This document shows, piece after piece, positions 22,801 through 32,286 of a stretch of DNA of 64,000 nucleotides. The position numbers and the translations under genes were made by a program. The stretch lies in the IMG/VR virus record IMGVR_UViG_3300020247_000002, positions 1-64,000 of that record. One strand, given 5' to 3'. The number at the start of each line of letters is the position of its first letter. The first letter of the stretch is position 1. Source of the DNA: a virus (Duplodnaviria > Caudoviricetes). A model generated the notes under the pieces. It made no database searches. It was not told the origin of the DNA and saw only the letters and a list, made by a program, of their open reading frames with translations.

Positions 22801-22903
22801 TCGTGGTGCTGGTAATCCTACAAGTTTCCTCGTCAATCCTATGAACGGAAATGTCGGATTATCCACTGCTGCGGTGGTCTCCAGAAAGAAACCACTAACT
22901 TAA
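13886..22903 (+). CDS. Giant baseplate/fibre structural protein (gp7-like C-terminal part) with repeated beta domains and a BNR/Ycf48-like beta-propeller
   Basis: 3005 aa; 12 copies of an F.C..D......YP[RK] module; propeller-like blades (WVAVGAAGSIFT, YIAVGNGGVII, FIVVGDSGTIG); ends GKYSWG just before gp8. Confidence 0.75.
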   Translation: MSTRVTPGSGALLRPSFNSLYGVVQVEVLDGGTGYAATDPPKITIEGTTTPLTEGVFFPIISGVGTISEVIIFNTGVGYYPVFSTSTQSQVVVERGAFGTLSTSHTVGTAYSVFTGDYNIIDDNIFFTDAPYGQAGPIGLQTSSSFAGRLFSRKLDPFDPADKNVILDDIALEFTGVAGTQFDLSENLGVVTSLYNSVNTGVDINNNPFILINNVVQTPGLDFEIVNNADNKINFLSGVPRAGRINKVGLQTGSGYYLPLKAAARVGVGSTGSLQFIQLEGKGQGYRNPPKVTVRSSQGFGASITAHLGTSAGSAVAISTADYNQFTGVCTFVTGGTSHGFVENDLVRITGAGFTFTPVSALRNINTFGYDYVTGIATIGVSGGHYIGTATNRSRNLLVKEVQVTDGISTSLFREDAYPIVEVIDSLNVLVDCGVSTIPLAYVSGGLVRAGVDTAIMEGRNVIGFDVLSGHTTNTFRAFVGVSTFPHQYVGGGVVNRAEAGIVTNFTIDNGGTGFFGAKTVGFLEGTPVNGITTVTAFGNKSGDEKNINAVDYDFVSGIATITAASAHGLTTSNVVKITGIAFSTGIGDIIFPSNANRYFGVVGVTSTLNFQVNIGAAMTTTGIHTANVGAGIGSFIPYEGHGLETDDFVNVTGIAVTFASAPSVRVGGAEYDETSGIATIFTRDRHNLTEDDCVILSGIAFTCDYDPALNVSMAQYSNVTGVMTVTTAAPHGYKLGKDVILSGLAFTCALDGGTRQHYYPRSRSTAYDTSLPITGYAGTALAIDVGAAPPKDQYTHLFSEAINGALVYGGDYDHTFIRAIDGALLTGGPFAHSFIGATATSTFAGGDYAHTYVSSDEKTIKTGGDYAHTFDSAVSNAILVEGGGAFTPTNADYVPTTGSLIVTVDGHGLTGPSQHSLTTANYNPIVGILTITVPNHGFSNGDQVLIADNSIGWKCSLDGFTTTKYYPRTTDTLSNTWVPISNVSTNTFEVFAGITTRVDYTVSGADYTPSTGIMTMSIGTHDLIAGQTFKFKPESLGFTCDADGNSLVKYYPRSKDPTYNTAVPIISVGGTTVTTQVGITTEVKYNIRFAAYTPQTGIMTVSLDRLHNFQVGEAIKFKPGSIVFKCEQDAFQTNHFYPRPQDPYYEKTVTLVGAAGTLFTVNVGPTTSSQIYAFVPNQGVAVDAVIAGGAYPYNLSGVGTDAMITGGGDYTPYWYQNSTTGAIQRPTQKVGVVTGGLSFKCAKDNYATVHAYPRPTDPIHNINVGIVSATTNTFEIRVGVSTIRERGISTSVYNPATGELTMTVGAGHSYINQSSHTISTATYSTSTGVLEPTITNHGFVAGEYVKFDLESISFKCALDGYTATKAYPRYSDPFLNVWLPIYNVGVNTFSVYVGVATQTAFLGGGAHIFESATAGGLKKARNTVGINTGSIVFTCARDDHASEHAYPRSYDPIGGNVSVGIGSTSATTLTINVGVSTIVNYGITTAAYTPTTGIMTVTSDAHGFNGSYDDKTIQFATYDAGSGIMTVTTNQAHGMITGNRVNFKRDSVRFRCLMDNRKSIKSYPRAKDPSDQQWLSVTGIDETNFSVNVGTSPLVYHDPTSGSYDPFTGLMTIDIGSHTLKKGTGVKLKTRGFKFTCALDNHATNHFYPRASGISGPDPAYNTSVKITSTTDTTITLDVGKSSNQTEHIFVSAATSSVISGGNYIHTFENADIDSLLIARDTVGLATDSYTWRCAQDNYATDHTYPRTTDPIHDVEVGIVSTTANTFTMNVGITSRVKFNITNATYDPNSGLVTMTTDTSHGLSTTTAVGLATNGFVYTCTMDQNSTEHAYPRTTDPAHDTSLYPSAVTANNVTVNVGVSTRVEYNINHADYNDVVGIMTMFLPTVHGITTAAGVPRNVKLKNESIYFTCSKDGYATAHVYPKGGDPYYNGSLVNRVIDNNNIEIQVGPSTTPSFYNGGGTIQGVILAPRLRNNSPSGEDFASGGTFVDKIIDDHTYVVNVGISTVDHIYARGGISQQGKRVAASNEIGFSGFDVIEKIDAGKFRVNAGLTTEIALFKRGGRIDKPVFLDITEPDGYFNRDLEYISGSSGIGTNAVVNFRINVDGNIGEFDLIEEGTAYKVDEVLTVSGIATNPRVGVLTEFQLTVQELENDTFSGFYPGQFILFDDISTFFNGSRTKFTLSVTTSGVTEILSLKTLPGSDMDITNNIFIYINDILQTPQSSYTFKGSRVIFSEAPKPNSKCSVFYFRGSKRDVETVDPVASVKAGDVVQIKENKLNPADIDQFERTGKRIVASDVLETFSYDSIGIDTNTAAERPLSWEKQRQDQILSGVLISKARPGLKSKVLPTTRIIKNVGELDDRIYVNNAFPVFNAVDLLVQSERNVQIFEDNEISPGVVTSIVSTSSSISSLSIVDGGTGYTLSNPTVAISSALIERKDPISAWEFDAITGITSSIEFRAITKQDPYVAVGASSFYMNTKSGTFWERGRIGFGGTITFNGVGVGNTATGGVNVMAVGEFASMARAVAIGNSIGSWTPINLLEQRQIPAIGQVQTLDSTYTGHFQDVIWEGTRNTWVAVGAAGSIFTAVGLTTADAFSQFSGTLQTLNAVCYGQSEYIAVGNGGVIIASNDGTGWGDKTSNTVFDLNDIIYDGNRFIVVGDSGTIGISTDKNFWQPWSQQLPAGTISPATFDFAKIKFINNFYVGISTVGDLYYSFDLANWNARPVAHSNEIRDLVQTPYGDFASTRVIAIGSGTTNFYADPVINRASATASVTAGVITSINITDGGFGYRVGSSPPVIVESDKTKREDIFSVDAEGDFGDIVGINTWLPGSANVLPRLAFTLKSQFNDNTNLGYGYSSLNQLGVNFSGLTKGDFFTIYDSSLVVGHALTGITTSSGANEVVGMVTAGDYLGGVFKVEQVTTGDAVSGLVTVTCAFMPGPTPYGNNTIQVGVGTTATTDTFWGKYSWGKLLGYQNRGAGNPTSFLVNPMNGNVGLSTAAVVSRKKPLT

Positions 22904-22905
22904 CC

Positions 22906-22913
22906 ACTAAATA
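22906..22913 (+). promoter_or_regulatory. T4-type late promoter variant
   Basis: ACTAAATA in the intergenic gap before gp8. Confidence 0.6.
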
Positions 22914-22937
22914 AACCTAAAGACTAGTTTTTTTAAA

Positions 22938-24533
22938 ATGCCTGCTATCATATCCGAACAGTTTAGGATTCTGAACGCTGAGACTTTTGTACAAAGTTTC
23001 GTTGGTGTCGGATCTACAGTAAATAAGTATTATGCTTTTATGGGACTTCCAAATTCCATAGAACCAAAGGCAGGCGGTACTGCCACATGGGCTACTAATA
23101 CACCAGCACCGTTGGATGGATTTGAAGAAGAATATTCTATCAAAGAATCTATCATTGCGATGAAAAAGGTGACTGATAAAGATGTTCGCAGACTTGTCAG
23201 AAAAGTGTCATGGGTGGCGGGTACTACATATGAAATGTATAGACACGATTATAACATCTATAATCTAACACCTATTACTAGTCAAGGTAGTCTGTACGAC
23301 GCGAATTATTATGTTGTTAATGAAGACCTGAAAGTTTACATTTGTCTACAAAATGGATCAGACCCAGAGAACCCAAAGGGTAGGCCATCATATGACCAAC
23401 CCACATTTGTTGACCTTGAGCCAAGAGCAGCTGGCACTAGTGGCGATGGTTATGTTTGGAAATATCTTTACACAATTAAACCTAGTGAAATTGTTAAATT
23501 TGACTCTATTGAATACATACCAGTGCCCGAGAACTGGGGAAATCAAGGCGAGACTGTTGCAACTAAGGCGAACGCTATAGATGGAAAGATTGAAGTGGTT
23601 GTGGTTGATGATAGAGGTTCTAACTACCAACCAATCTCAACCTCATTTGCGAATGTTCCCATTCTGGGAGATGGGTCAGGAGGAAAGGCTACTATTACGA
23701 TTGACTCTTTCGGAAAAGTATCTGAAGTATTTGTTACTGACGGAGGAGAAGGATACACTCATGGATCCATCCAGTTTTTCCCAGGCGCTCCAGGCAGTGA
23801 GTCTGGCGGAGTACTTGCTAACCTTACCAATACAGGTATCGGAACGACATCGGTAGCAAACTTTAGTGTTATCATCCCTCCTAAAGGTGGTCATGGACAT
23901 GACATCTATAGGGAACTTGGTGCATACAGAGCACTACTCTATTCTAGATTTGAAACTCTAGAAACTAACCCTGATATCATTGAGGGTAATGATTTTGCAA
24001 GGGTTGGACTAATCAAAAATCCCACCGTATTTGGCAGTAGTACCGAATTACTGGACACTGCAATGGTGAGTGGATTGAAAGCTTTGAAACTTGGTGGTAT
24101 TACCACTGCAACAACCTATGCTGTTGACTCTGAGATTACACAGACGGTTGGTGTTGGTTCTACTGCGATTGGATATGTTGCATCTTGGGATAAAGTTACT
24201 GGAGTGTTGAAGTATTATCAACCTATGGGTCTTGCTTCTAGTGAAACTGGATATAAGATTGTCCCATTTACTTCTGTTCCTGATGCAGGGTATGGTGTAA
24301 CGATTAACGGATCATCAGTGAACGGTTCGTTGTTATCTATTGATACCAGTTATAACGGTGTCAGTACCTCAATAAATAATAAGACCTACCAATTAGGTAT
24401 GAGTTTTACTTCTGGTATTTCATCAGCGGAATTCAATACCAAATCGGGTGAAATAATCTATATTGATAATCGAACTGCGATTCCTAGATCTGCAAGTCAG
24501 AAGGAAGACATCAAGATAGTACTGGAGTTCTAA
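22938..24533 (+). CDS. gp8: Baseplate wedge subunit (T4 gp8-like)
   Basis: YEMYRHDY, VYICLQNG, DGYVWKYLYTI and C-terminal SGEIIYIDNR.AI.R...QKEDIKIVLEF. Confidence 0.92.
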   Translation: MPAIISEQFRILNAETFVQSFVGVGSTVNKYYAFMGLPNSIEPKAGGTATWATNTPAPLDGFEEEYSIKESIIAMKKVTDKDVRRLVRKVSWVAGTTYEMYRHDYNIYNLTPITSQGSLYDANYYVVNEDLKVYICLQNGSDPENPKGRPSYDQPTFVDLEPRAAGTSGDGYVWKYLYTIKPSEIVKFDSIEYIPVPENWGNQGETVATKANAIDGKIEVVVVDDRGSNYQPISTSFANVPILGDGSGGKATITIDSFGKVSEVFVTDGGEGYTHGSIQFFPGAPGSESGGVLANLTNTGIGTTSVANFSVIIPPKGGHGHDIYRELGAYRALLYSRFETLETNPDIIEGNDFARVGLIKNPTVFGSSTELLDTAMVSGLKALKLGGITTATTYAVDSEITQTVGVGSTAIGYVASWDKVTGVLKYYQPMGLASSETGYKIVPFTSVPDAGYGVTINGSSVNGSLLSIDTSYNGVSTSINNKTYQLGMSFTSGISSAEFNTKSGEIIYIDNRTAIPRSASQKEDIKIVLEF

Positions 24534-24539
24534 AGACAA

Positions 24540-27500
24540 ATGCCACAAAATACCAACTTAAACTCATCTCCATACTTTGATGACTTTAATGAGTTAAAAA
24601 ATTATCAGAGGGTACTATTCAAGCCAGGTTTACCTGTACAGTCTAGGGAACTCACAACACTTCAATCTATTCTACAGAATCAGGTTGAAAAATTTGGTAA
24701 GCACTTCTTCAAGGAAGGTTCTGTTGTTATCCCAGGCCAGATTGCATACGATAACGAATACACTTGTGTTCAGATTGATGACAGTCACTTAGGTATTCCT
24801 GTTTCCGTCTACCTAGACAACTTGATAGGTAAAAAAATTAAGGGTGAAACTAGTGGTGTTACCGCTAAAGTAGAAACATATATTACAAACAGAACATCAG
24901 TAAAAGGAGCATATACTCTTTACATCAAGTACAACAGTTCCAGTGATACTGATTTCTCAAGAAAGACATTTGCAGATGGAGAAAATTTATTACTAGAAGA
25001 GGACATGAACTATTCTCTGTCTAGTATTAGACAGGGTGCTAGTTTCGCAACAACACTTATCTCAAATGCAGTTGCTACAGGTGCTGCAGCAAAGATTGCC
25101 CAAGGTGTCTATTTCATCAGAGGTTTCTTTGTTACTGTTGCTGACTCCACAGTAATTTTGGATCAGTATAACAACAAACCATCATACAGAATTGGTCTTC
25201 TAATCAAGGAAGAACTTGTAACTGCGTCTGCATCAGATAACGACTTGTACGATAATGCAAGAGGTTTCTCAAACTTTGCGGCGCCTGGTGCAGATAGATT
25301 CAAACTATCAACAACCTTAATCAAGAAGTCTCTCACAGATTTGAATGATGAGAACTTTGTAGAATTGATGAGAGTTGTAGATGGTGTTCTACAAAAATTC
25401 GTAAAACCTGGCGCTGATAACTATAACTTAATTCGTGATGAACTTGCAAGAAGAACATACGATGAATCTGGTCACTACTATGTAAAACCATTCCCTCTCG
25501 TAGCTAAGGAATGTCTTAATGACAGAACAGGAAATGACGGTGCATTTTATCCTAATCAATTAACTCAGCAGGGCAATGTTCCTAGTGAGGATTTGATGTG
25601 TTTATCCATCGGACCTGGCAAGGCATACGTTAAAGGATATGAGATTGAAACACTCAACACAACTACTGTTGATGTTCCAAAACCAAGAGACACTGCAAAG
25701 ATTGTTAATGAGTCTTTACCGTTTAGTGTTGGTAGACAAATTGAAGTAAACAACGTTTATGGTTCTCCTCTACTTGGTATCAGCACAAGTTCTTATGTAA
25801 AACTATTCAACGAAAGAACCTCTACTGTTGGTACATCAAACGGTGAACAGATTGGTGTTGCTAGAGTCTATGATATGAAGTTGAAGAACGTTGGTTATGC
25901 CGACTCTTCTACAGTGTTTGAGACATCTCTGTATGACATTCAGACGTTCACATATCTACAATTAAACACTGGGACAACTGTACAGTGTCCAACCTATGTT
26001 ACTGGTCAAAATAGTAACGCTACAGGATACGCATATACTTCTGCAAATAATTCAACACAATTAACTTTATATCAAGTTAACGGACAATTCCAAGTTGGTG
26101 AAGAATTATTCTTCAATGGTTTTACTTCAAATAGAAGTATTACTGAGGTAGAAGACTACGGTGTAGAGGATATTAAACAACTTGTTAGTAATGATCCTAC
26201 AAACTACCCTTTCACAGCTGACCCTGTTCTAGGATTAGGTCATCTGATTGCTCCTATTGCAACACAGTTTACTGTTAGTGCAAACTCTGGTTCTGCATCT
26301 ACAATCACATCTCCTAGTGCAAGTTTCGTAAACTCTGGTATTAAGACTGGAGATATCATTCAGTATAGTATTTCAGGCAACTCCGTTCCTACATTTAACA
26401 GAGTTACTAATACATCTGCTGTTGCTATCAGTCTTGAAGCTACTGTAGATGTTGAAAATGTATGTTCTGGTGCATTACCTACCTCTGCCGTATCTGCAAA
26501 CGATCTGTTCAAGGTTACTTTAGAAGTTCAAAACAATTCACAAGCATTCTTGTTTAGTGAATTAACTAAACCTAATGTTGCATCTGTTGAATTGAACGGT
26601 GCAGATATCATATTCAAGAAATCCTACAACGTTACAGTTTCAAGTAATGCTTTTAGTGGAACTTTAGAAACTGATGCTGATTTGACTCTTGAACCATTTG
26701 ATGAAGAGGATTACAACCTTACATTTAAGACATCTGGTACAGTTGAATCATTAACGGATCAAAAACTTACAGTCAGTGGTAGAACTGTAACCTTATCTGG
26801 TTTAGACACTGCTTCTGGTGCTGCTGTATTGACAGTTACTTGGAAGAAGGTAAATGTCAAACCAAAATCAAAAATATTCAAAAGAGCAACAACATATACT
26901 TTAAACAAGTCCTCGAAAACCCAGTCAGGCACTGGATTAATGAAGTTAAATGATGGACTTACTTATGACACAACATTTGGTAATAGAGTTCAAGATGATA
27001 GACTTTCTCTTGGAGTTTGTGATGTTGCAGAAGTTCTTGCTGTATTAGAATCTTCATCAACTGCTGATCCTCAGTTCCCAATCTTACAACTTACTAATCT
27101 AAACTCCAACATTCTTAATGCGGTAGTTGGTGAGAATATTGTTGGTAAAACATCTGGTGCATCTGCTGTATTTGTTGCTACCAATGGATCCAATGAAGTA
27201 AGTTTTGTATCTCAAAATGAAAATGCTTTTGAGATTGGTGAAGAGATCATTTTTGAAGAAACCAAAGTTGCTGGTACAGTTCAGACCTTTATTCCAGGCG
27301 ACAGAGACATCAAGAATAACTATGAGTTTGATCCAGGCCAAAGATTGGATTATGTTGACTTCTCTGCACTTGTAAGAAAATCTGGTACAGAAGCACCTAC
27401 TAGAAGAATCACTATCGTCTACAATAACTTTGTTATTGATGAAGCAGATCCAGGCGATTTTGTGACTATAAACTCTTATGAGAAAAAGTATTACAAAGGC

Positions 27501-30500
27501 ACATTACCTTTTGTAGGAACGATTCCTATTTCTGACATCATTGACCTAAGACCTAGAGTTACATCTACTGTTGCTGGTAAAGCTCCTTGGGAATTTGAAG
27601 CAAGACAATTTACACCAGGCTCATCATCTTCTTCTCATGTTCTTGCCAAAGATAAATCATTCAACTTATCTTACGAATATTATCTTGGAAGAATTGACAA
27701 GTTATTCTTAAGTAAAGAGGGTATCTTCACTCTATCTCAAGGTGTTCCATCTGAGTTACCAAAACTTCCAAATACCATTGACAATGCTTTAGAAGTTGCA
27801 ACTATTCAACTTCCTCCATATCTTTACGATCCAGCGGAAGCACAAATCACTATTGCTAGACACAAGCGATTCCGAATGAAGGATATCGCAAGTATTGAGA
27901 ACAGAATCAAGAATATTGAATACTATACTTCACTTTCACTCCTTGAAGTTGAGACTACAAATATGTCTCTCCGTGATCCACAAACAAATCTTGATAGATT
28001 TAAGTCAGGATTCTTTGTTGATAACTTCAAATCTGTAACTGGTGGTGATGTAACTAACTCATCATATAAAGCATCTGTTGATGCGAAAGAGGGAAGATTA
28101 AGACCTCAACACTATACAACATCTATTGACCTACTACTTGGATCAGAGGCGATTGTTGGTGCTGCAACATCTTCTAATCCTACTGCTGACTACAGGTTTG
28201 TTGAGGATCTTGGTGATTCAAATGTCAAGAGAATTGGTGACGTTGTATGTTTGAATTACAACGATACCATTTACTTAGAAAATGAATTTGCAACTCGTAT
28301 TGAGAACGTAAACCCATTCGCTGTTGTAAACTGGATTGGTCAGGTTGAATTAAATCCAGGCACTGATACATGGATTGAAACTAGAAGAACTGCTGCTACC
28401 TATGATATTGAAGGTAGTTTCAATTCCACAATGGGAATTACTGGTGCAGATAGTAACACTGGTCTTTCACCTGTTGATTGGGGTTCATGGGAAACTACTT
28501 GGACTGGATCAAGCACATTCACAAGTCCTTCTCTATTCAGTGAGACTAGAACAACTGTAACAGGAAGATCTACTAGAAGAGGTCATTTCCAAAGACATCG
28601 TGGTATTCCTATCACTACAACAACTAACTTTAGAGATAGAACTACAAACTTTAGAGAGCAGACAACTACAACTACTACAAATCAAACAAGACAGGGTATT
28701 CAGTTCCGTGTTGGTGAAAGATTTGATACTACAAGTCTTGGTGACAAGGTTGTAAACACAGAAGTGATTGCTACAATGCGATCCAGAAACATTGAGTTTA
28801 TCTGTAGAAGACTTAAGCCAAACACAAGATTATATCCATTCTTCGATAGTATTGATATGTCGAAGTATGTTATACCTAAACTTATCGAAATTACAATGGT
28901 AAGTGGTACATTTGGTGCTGGTGAAGTTGTTGAGGGAAGTCGTCCTAATACTAATAATGATGCAATTAGGTTTAGACTTGCAAATCAGAATCACAAATAT
29001 GGTCCTTACAATAATCCTAATCAGGTTTATAAACAGAATCCATATGACCCTGCTTCTAGTATTTCATCCACATACTCTTCTACCACAACATTATTAAATG
29101 TTGATACTGCATCCTTAGAACTTCAAGCTGCGTCTGGTTTCTACGGATACATCACTACTGGTATGAAGTTGATTGGACAATCTAGTGGTGCTATTGCAAC
29201 TGTTACTGCAATCAGATTGATTACTGATAAGGCAGGAGCATTACTTGGATCACTGTTCTTACCTGATCCTACAGTCCCCTCTGCACCTTCATTTAACACT
29301 GGTACAAAGACATTTACATTATCTTCAAGTCCTACTAACTCTACTATCTCTGGATTCACAGATAGTTCTGGTGAAGCAAACTTCACATCATCTGGTACAC
29401 TTCAAACTGTAGAGGCATCTACTCTCAGAATGAGAAATGCAGATGTTCAGAGAATACCTCAATCTGCTGATAGAACTCTTACTGATTCAAGTAGTAGACT
29501 TGTCGTTGACAATACTTTTGCTAACAGATCTACATCTCAGACTAGATGGGTTGACCCTCTTGCACAATCGTTTGAAGTTCCTGATGTTAATGGTGTATTC
29601 CTTACTAAGTGTGATGTTTACTTCCAAGCAAAGGATACAAACCAACTACCTGTTACCTTACAAGTAAGAACACTTCAAACTGGTTTACCTACTCAAGAGA
29701 TCTTACCATTTGGTGAGTGTATTCTTGACCCTGATGAAGTTGTTATCTCTGATGATGGATCTAAAGCGACAACATTTACCTTCCCTGCACCTGTCTATTG
29801 TGAGGGTGGAGGAGAGTTTGCACTTGTTCTTCTTTCTGCATCTAATGAATACTATGTATTCATCTCTAGAATGGGTGAGGAGGATATAACTACGGTCAAT
29901 GCTGCTGACTCTGAAAAAATTATCGTTTCTCAACAACCATTACTGGGTTCACTATTCAAATCACAGAACGGTGCTACATGGGATCCAAGTCAGTTGGAGG
30001 ATCTTAAGTTTAATCTATACAGAGCAAACTTCACTGCAACTGCTGGTAGAGTCAACTTCTATAATCCAGATCTTGAAGTAGGAAACAGACAGATTGTTTC
30101 ACTTGCTAATAACCCCATTGACATGCTTTCATACAATGCAGTGGTTGGTTTAGGTAAGAGTTTGACTGCATCAGAACAGGCTGGATTGACAGAAGGAACT
30201 ACAATCTATCAACAGGCAAATCCAAACTTTAGTGCAAATCTAAACAAAGTTCTTGGTGCAATCGGTGTTGGTAGTGATCTAACAATCACTAATGGTGGTA
30301 GTGGTTTCTCTGCAACATCTGTTGTTTACTCTGGTGTACCTCTTATTTCGCAATTTGGTAAGGGAACTGGTGCAACTGTCAACTTAACTGTTGATAATAG
30401 AGTTGCCGTTGCTGCAACAGTGGCAATCGGTGGAACAGGATACTCAGCTGGTGATGTTCTTACTGTGTCTGCTACAAATACTGGCGGATTCGGAAAAGAC

Positions 30501-32057
30501 TTGAGACTAACAATTCCAAATAACGTTGGTGTTATTAGTGCGTTCAATACTTTAGTTCTTGACAACATTCAAGGTGTACCTAAAGTTGACTCCTCATCTG
30601 CTATCGTATATGTTGGTGGTGGCGGAACCAGTGTTGTAAATGGTGGTTCTATTCAGTACCTACAAAATGTAACTGATGGATTGCACTTCCGTGTTAGACA
30701 TTCTAATCATGGTATGTACTCTCAAGAAGATAGTGTAGTCTTGAGTGGTGTTGAAGCAGATGTAAAACCAGAGAAATTGACATCTACAGTTGATTCTTCA
30801 AGTACAGAAGATATGACTGTTACTGCTATTGGAATCTTCACATCATTTGAGAATATTGAAGTTAACAGTTCTAACCCAGGCTATGTTAAAATCGGAAACG
30901 AGATTATCAAATACACTGGTGTAACAACTACAACCTCGACTCTTAATAACATCACTAGATCTGTTGATGATACTAAGGCTGGTGACTACAATGTCAATGA
31001 CAAGATTTATAAGTATGAGTTGAATGGTGTTTCTCTCAGAAGAATCAACACATCTCATAGTTTCATTCCTACTAACAATACTACCTATCCTATTGACGTT
31101 GATCATTACTGGATCAAGGTTGGTGTTTCAAGTAGAGGTGTAGACAGAGCAACTGGAAATGCGAATGGATTCCCAGAACTATTCTTCAGAGAGAATAAGT
31201 CTGGTGGTAGTTATGATCAACAGTATGTACAGGTCAGTAACTCTTATGGACCTATGGCAACTCAGAACATTGCGTTCAATATTGTCAGACCTAATGTTGC
31301 AACTCTCTTACCAGAGGGAACTGACATCAGCGCTAAGGTCAGAACATTCTCAGGAAATAGTCCTGATGGTAACTTGAAATCATTTGTGGATCAAGGTTAT
31401 GAGTCAGTATCACTACAGAGTAATAACGTCTTATCTACTCCAAGAATCGTTGCTTCTAAAGTAAACGAACTTGCAAAACTTACTGATTTCCCAGGCAGAA
31501 AGTCATTTACACTACAAACAAATCTAACTACAGATGATCCTAAAGTGAGTCCTATGATTGACTTGGATAGAGTCAACATGATCACAATTATGGATAGACT
31601 CAACTCTAAGATTAGTGATTATGCAACTGACAGAAGAGTTAATTCAATCGATAATGATCCTAGTGCCGCAGTTTACTTATCTAAGGTTGTGAATCTTGAG
31701 AAGTCTGCTGATGGATTGAAGGTTATGTTTGATGCGTACAGACATTCAACAAATGACATCAGAGTTCTATACAGAATATTCAGAATAGATGCTCCACCTC
31801 AGTATCAGTTATTTGAACTATTCCCAGGCTTTGAAAACTTAGATTCCAACGGAAATGTGATAGATCAGTCAAAAAATAACGGTAAACCTGATAGAAGAAT
31901 CCTCGCATCTCAGACAGAAGATGACTATAAAGAGTATGAATTCAACGTGAAGAATCTTCCACAGTTCAATGGATTCCAAATCAAGATTGTAATGTCAGGA
32001 ACTAACTTCGCTTATGTTCCTAAGATTCGTGATCTAAGAACTATTGCATCTATCTAA
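24540..32057 (+). CDS. VrlC-like / DUF4815 large virion structural protein
   Basis: 2505 aa; NLNSSPYFDDF...YQRVLFKPGLPVQSRELTTLQSILQNQ, APGADR, RFKSGFFVDNF, DPLAQSF, GSLFKSQNG. Confidence 0.85.
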   Translation: MPQNTNLNSSPYFDDFNELKNYQRVLFKPGLPVQSRELTTLQSILQNQVEKFGKHFFKEGSVVIPGQIAYDNEYTCVQIDDSHLGIPVSVYLDNLIGKKIKGETSGVTAKVETYITNRTSVKGAYTLYIKYNSSSDTDFSRKTFADGENLLLEEDMNYSLSSIRQGASFATTLISNAVATGAAAKIAQGVYFIRGFFVTVADSTVILDQYNNKPSYRIGLLIKEELVTASASDNDLYDNARGFSNFAAPGADRFKLSTTLIKKSLTDLNDENFVELMRVVDGVLQKFVKPGADNYNLIRDELARRTYDESGHYYVKPFPLVAKECLNDRTGNDGAFYPNQLTQQGNVPSEDLMCLSIGPGKAYVKGYEIETLNTTTVDVPKPRDTAKIVNESLPFSVGRQIEVNNVYGSPLLGISTSSYVKLFNERTSTVGTSNGEQIGVARVYDMKLKNVGYADSSTVFETSLYDIQTFTYLQLNTGTTVQCPTYVTGQNSNATGYAYTSANNSTQLTLYQVNGQFQVGEELFFNGFTSNRSITEVEDYGVEDIKQLVSNDPTNYPFTADPVLGLGHLIAPIATQFTVSANSGSASTITSPSASFVNSGIKTGDIIQYSISGNSVPTFNRVTNTSAVAISLEATVDVENVCSGALPTSAVSANDLFKVTLEVQNNSQAFLFSELTKPNVASVELNGADIIFKKSYNVTVSSNAFSGTLETDADLTLEPFDEEDYNLTFKTSGTVESLTDQKLTVSGRTVTLSGLDTASGAAVLTVTWKKVNVKPKSKIFKRATTYTLNKSSKTQSGTGLMKLNDGLTYDTTFGNRVQDDRLSLGVCDVAEVLAVLESSSTADPQFPILQLTNLNSNILNAVVGENIVGKTSGASAVFVATNGSNEVSFVSQNENAFEIGEEIIFEETKVAGTVQTFIPGDRDIKNNYEFDPGQRLDYVDFSALVRKSGTEAPTRRITIVYNNFVIDEADPGDFVTINSYEKKYYKGTLPFVGTIPISDIIDLRPRVTSTVAGKAPWEFEARQFTPGSSSSSHVLAKDKSFNLSYEYYLGRIDKLFLSKEGIFTLSQGVPSELPKLPNTIDNALEVATIQLPPYLYDPAEAQITIARHKRFRMKDIASIENRIKNIEYYTSLSLLEVETTNMSLRDPQTNLDRFKSGFFVDNFKSVTGGDVTNSSYKASVDAKEGRLRPQHYTTSIDLLLGSEAIVGAATSSNPTADYRFVEDLGDSNVKRIGDVVCLNYNDTIYLENEFATRIENVNPFAVVNWIGQVELNPGTDTWIETRRTAATYDIEGSFNSTMGITGADSNTGLSPVDWGSWETTWTGSSTFTSPSLFSETRTTVTGRSTRRGHFQRHRGIPITTTTNFRDRTTNFREQTTTTTTNQTRQGIQFRVGERFDTTSLGDKVVNTEVIATMRSRNIEFICRRLKPNTRLYPFFDSIDMSKYVIPKLIEITMVSGTFGAGEVVEGSRPNTNNDAIRFRLANQNHKYGPYNNPNQVYKQNPYDPASSISSTYSSTTTLLNVDTASLELQAASGFYGYITTGMKLIGQSSGAIATVTAIRLITDKAGALLGSLFLPDPTVPSAPSFNTGTKTFTLSSSPTNSTISGFTDSSGEANFTSSGTLQTVEASTLRMRNADVQRIPQSADRTLTDSSSRLVVDNTFANRSTSQTRWVDPLAQSFEVPDVNGVFLTKCDVYFQAKDTNQLPVTLQVRTLQTGLPTQEILPFGECILDPDEVVISDDGSKATTFTFPAPVYCEGGGEFALVLLSASNEYYVFISRMGEEDITTVNAADSEKIIVSQQPLLGSLFKSQNGATWDPSQLEDLKFNLYRANFTATAGRVNFYNPDLEVGNRQIVSLANNPIDMLSYNAVVGLGKSLTASEQAGLTEGTTIYQQANPNFSANLNKVLGAIGVGSDLTITNGGSGFSATSVVYSGVPLISQFGKGTGATVNLTVDNRVAVAATVAIGGTGYSAGDVLTVSATNTGGFGKDLRLTIPNNVGVISAFNTLVLDNIQGVPKVDSSSAIVYVGGGGTSVVNGGSIQYLQNVTDGLHFRVRHSNHGMYSQEDSVVLSGVEADVKPEKLTSTVDSSSTEDMTVTAIGIFTSFENIEVNSSNPGYVKIGNEIIKYTGVTTTTSTLNNITRSVDDTKAGDYNVNDKIYKYELNGVSLRRINTSHSFIPTNNTTYPIDVDHYWIKVGVSSRGVDRATGNANGFPELFFRENKSGGSYDQQYVQVSNSYGPMATQNIAFNIVRPNVATLLPEGTDISAKVRTFSGNSPDGNLKSFVDQGYESVSLQSNNVLSTPRIVASKVNELAKLTDFPGRKSFTLQTNLTTDDPKVSPMIDLDRVNMITIMDRLNSKISDYATDRRVNSIDNDPSAAVYLSKVVNLEKSADGLKVMFDAYRHSTNDIRVLYRIFRIDAPPQYQLFELFPGFENLDSNGNVIDQSKNNGKPDRRILASQTEDDYKEYEFNVKNLPQFNGFQIKIVMSGTNFAYVPKIRDLRTIASI

Positions 32058-32266
32058 TGAAAAAAGTGAAAGTTAAAGACAGCAACTCTCTTTATAGAGA
32101 TGAAGAGAGTGGTGCAATTCTTAATTGTAATGATGCTGCATACAATAACTACCTCAAATTGAAAGAGAAAAAGTTACAAGAAGCAGCAGAAATGGATAAA
32201 CTAAAAGATGATGTTGATGAACTTAAGGATATGATGAAACTAATTTTAAGCAAATTAGATAAATAA
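32057..32266 (+). CDS. Hypothetical protein with C-terminal coiled coil
   Basis: 69 aa; LYRDEESGAILN motif; overlaps the VrlC-like stop codon. Confidence 0.8.
   Translation: MKKVKVKDSNSLYRDEESGAILNCNDAAYNNYLKLKEKKLQEAAEMDKLKDDVDELKDMMKLILSKLDK
32258..32265 (+). promoter_or_regulatory. T4-type late promoter variant
   Basis: GATAAATA, 21 nt upstream of the ATG at 32287. Confidence 0.5.
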
Positions 32267-32286
32267 CTAAAACCTCCCTTTGACAG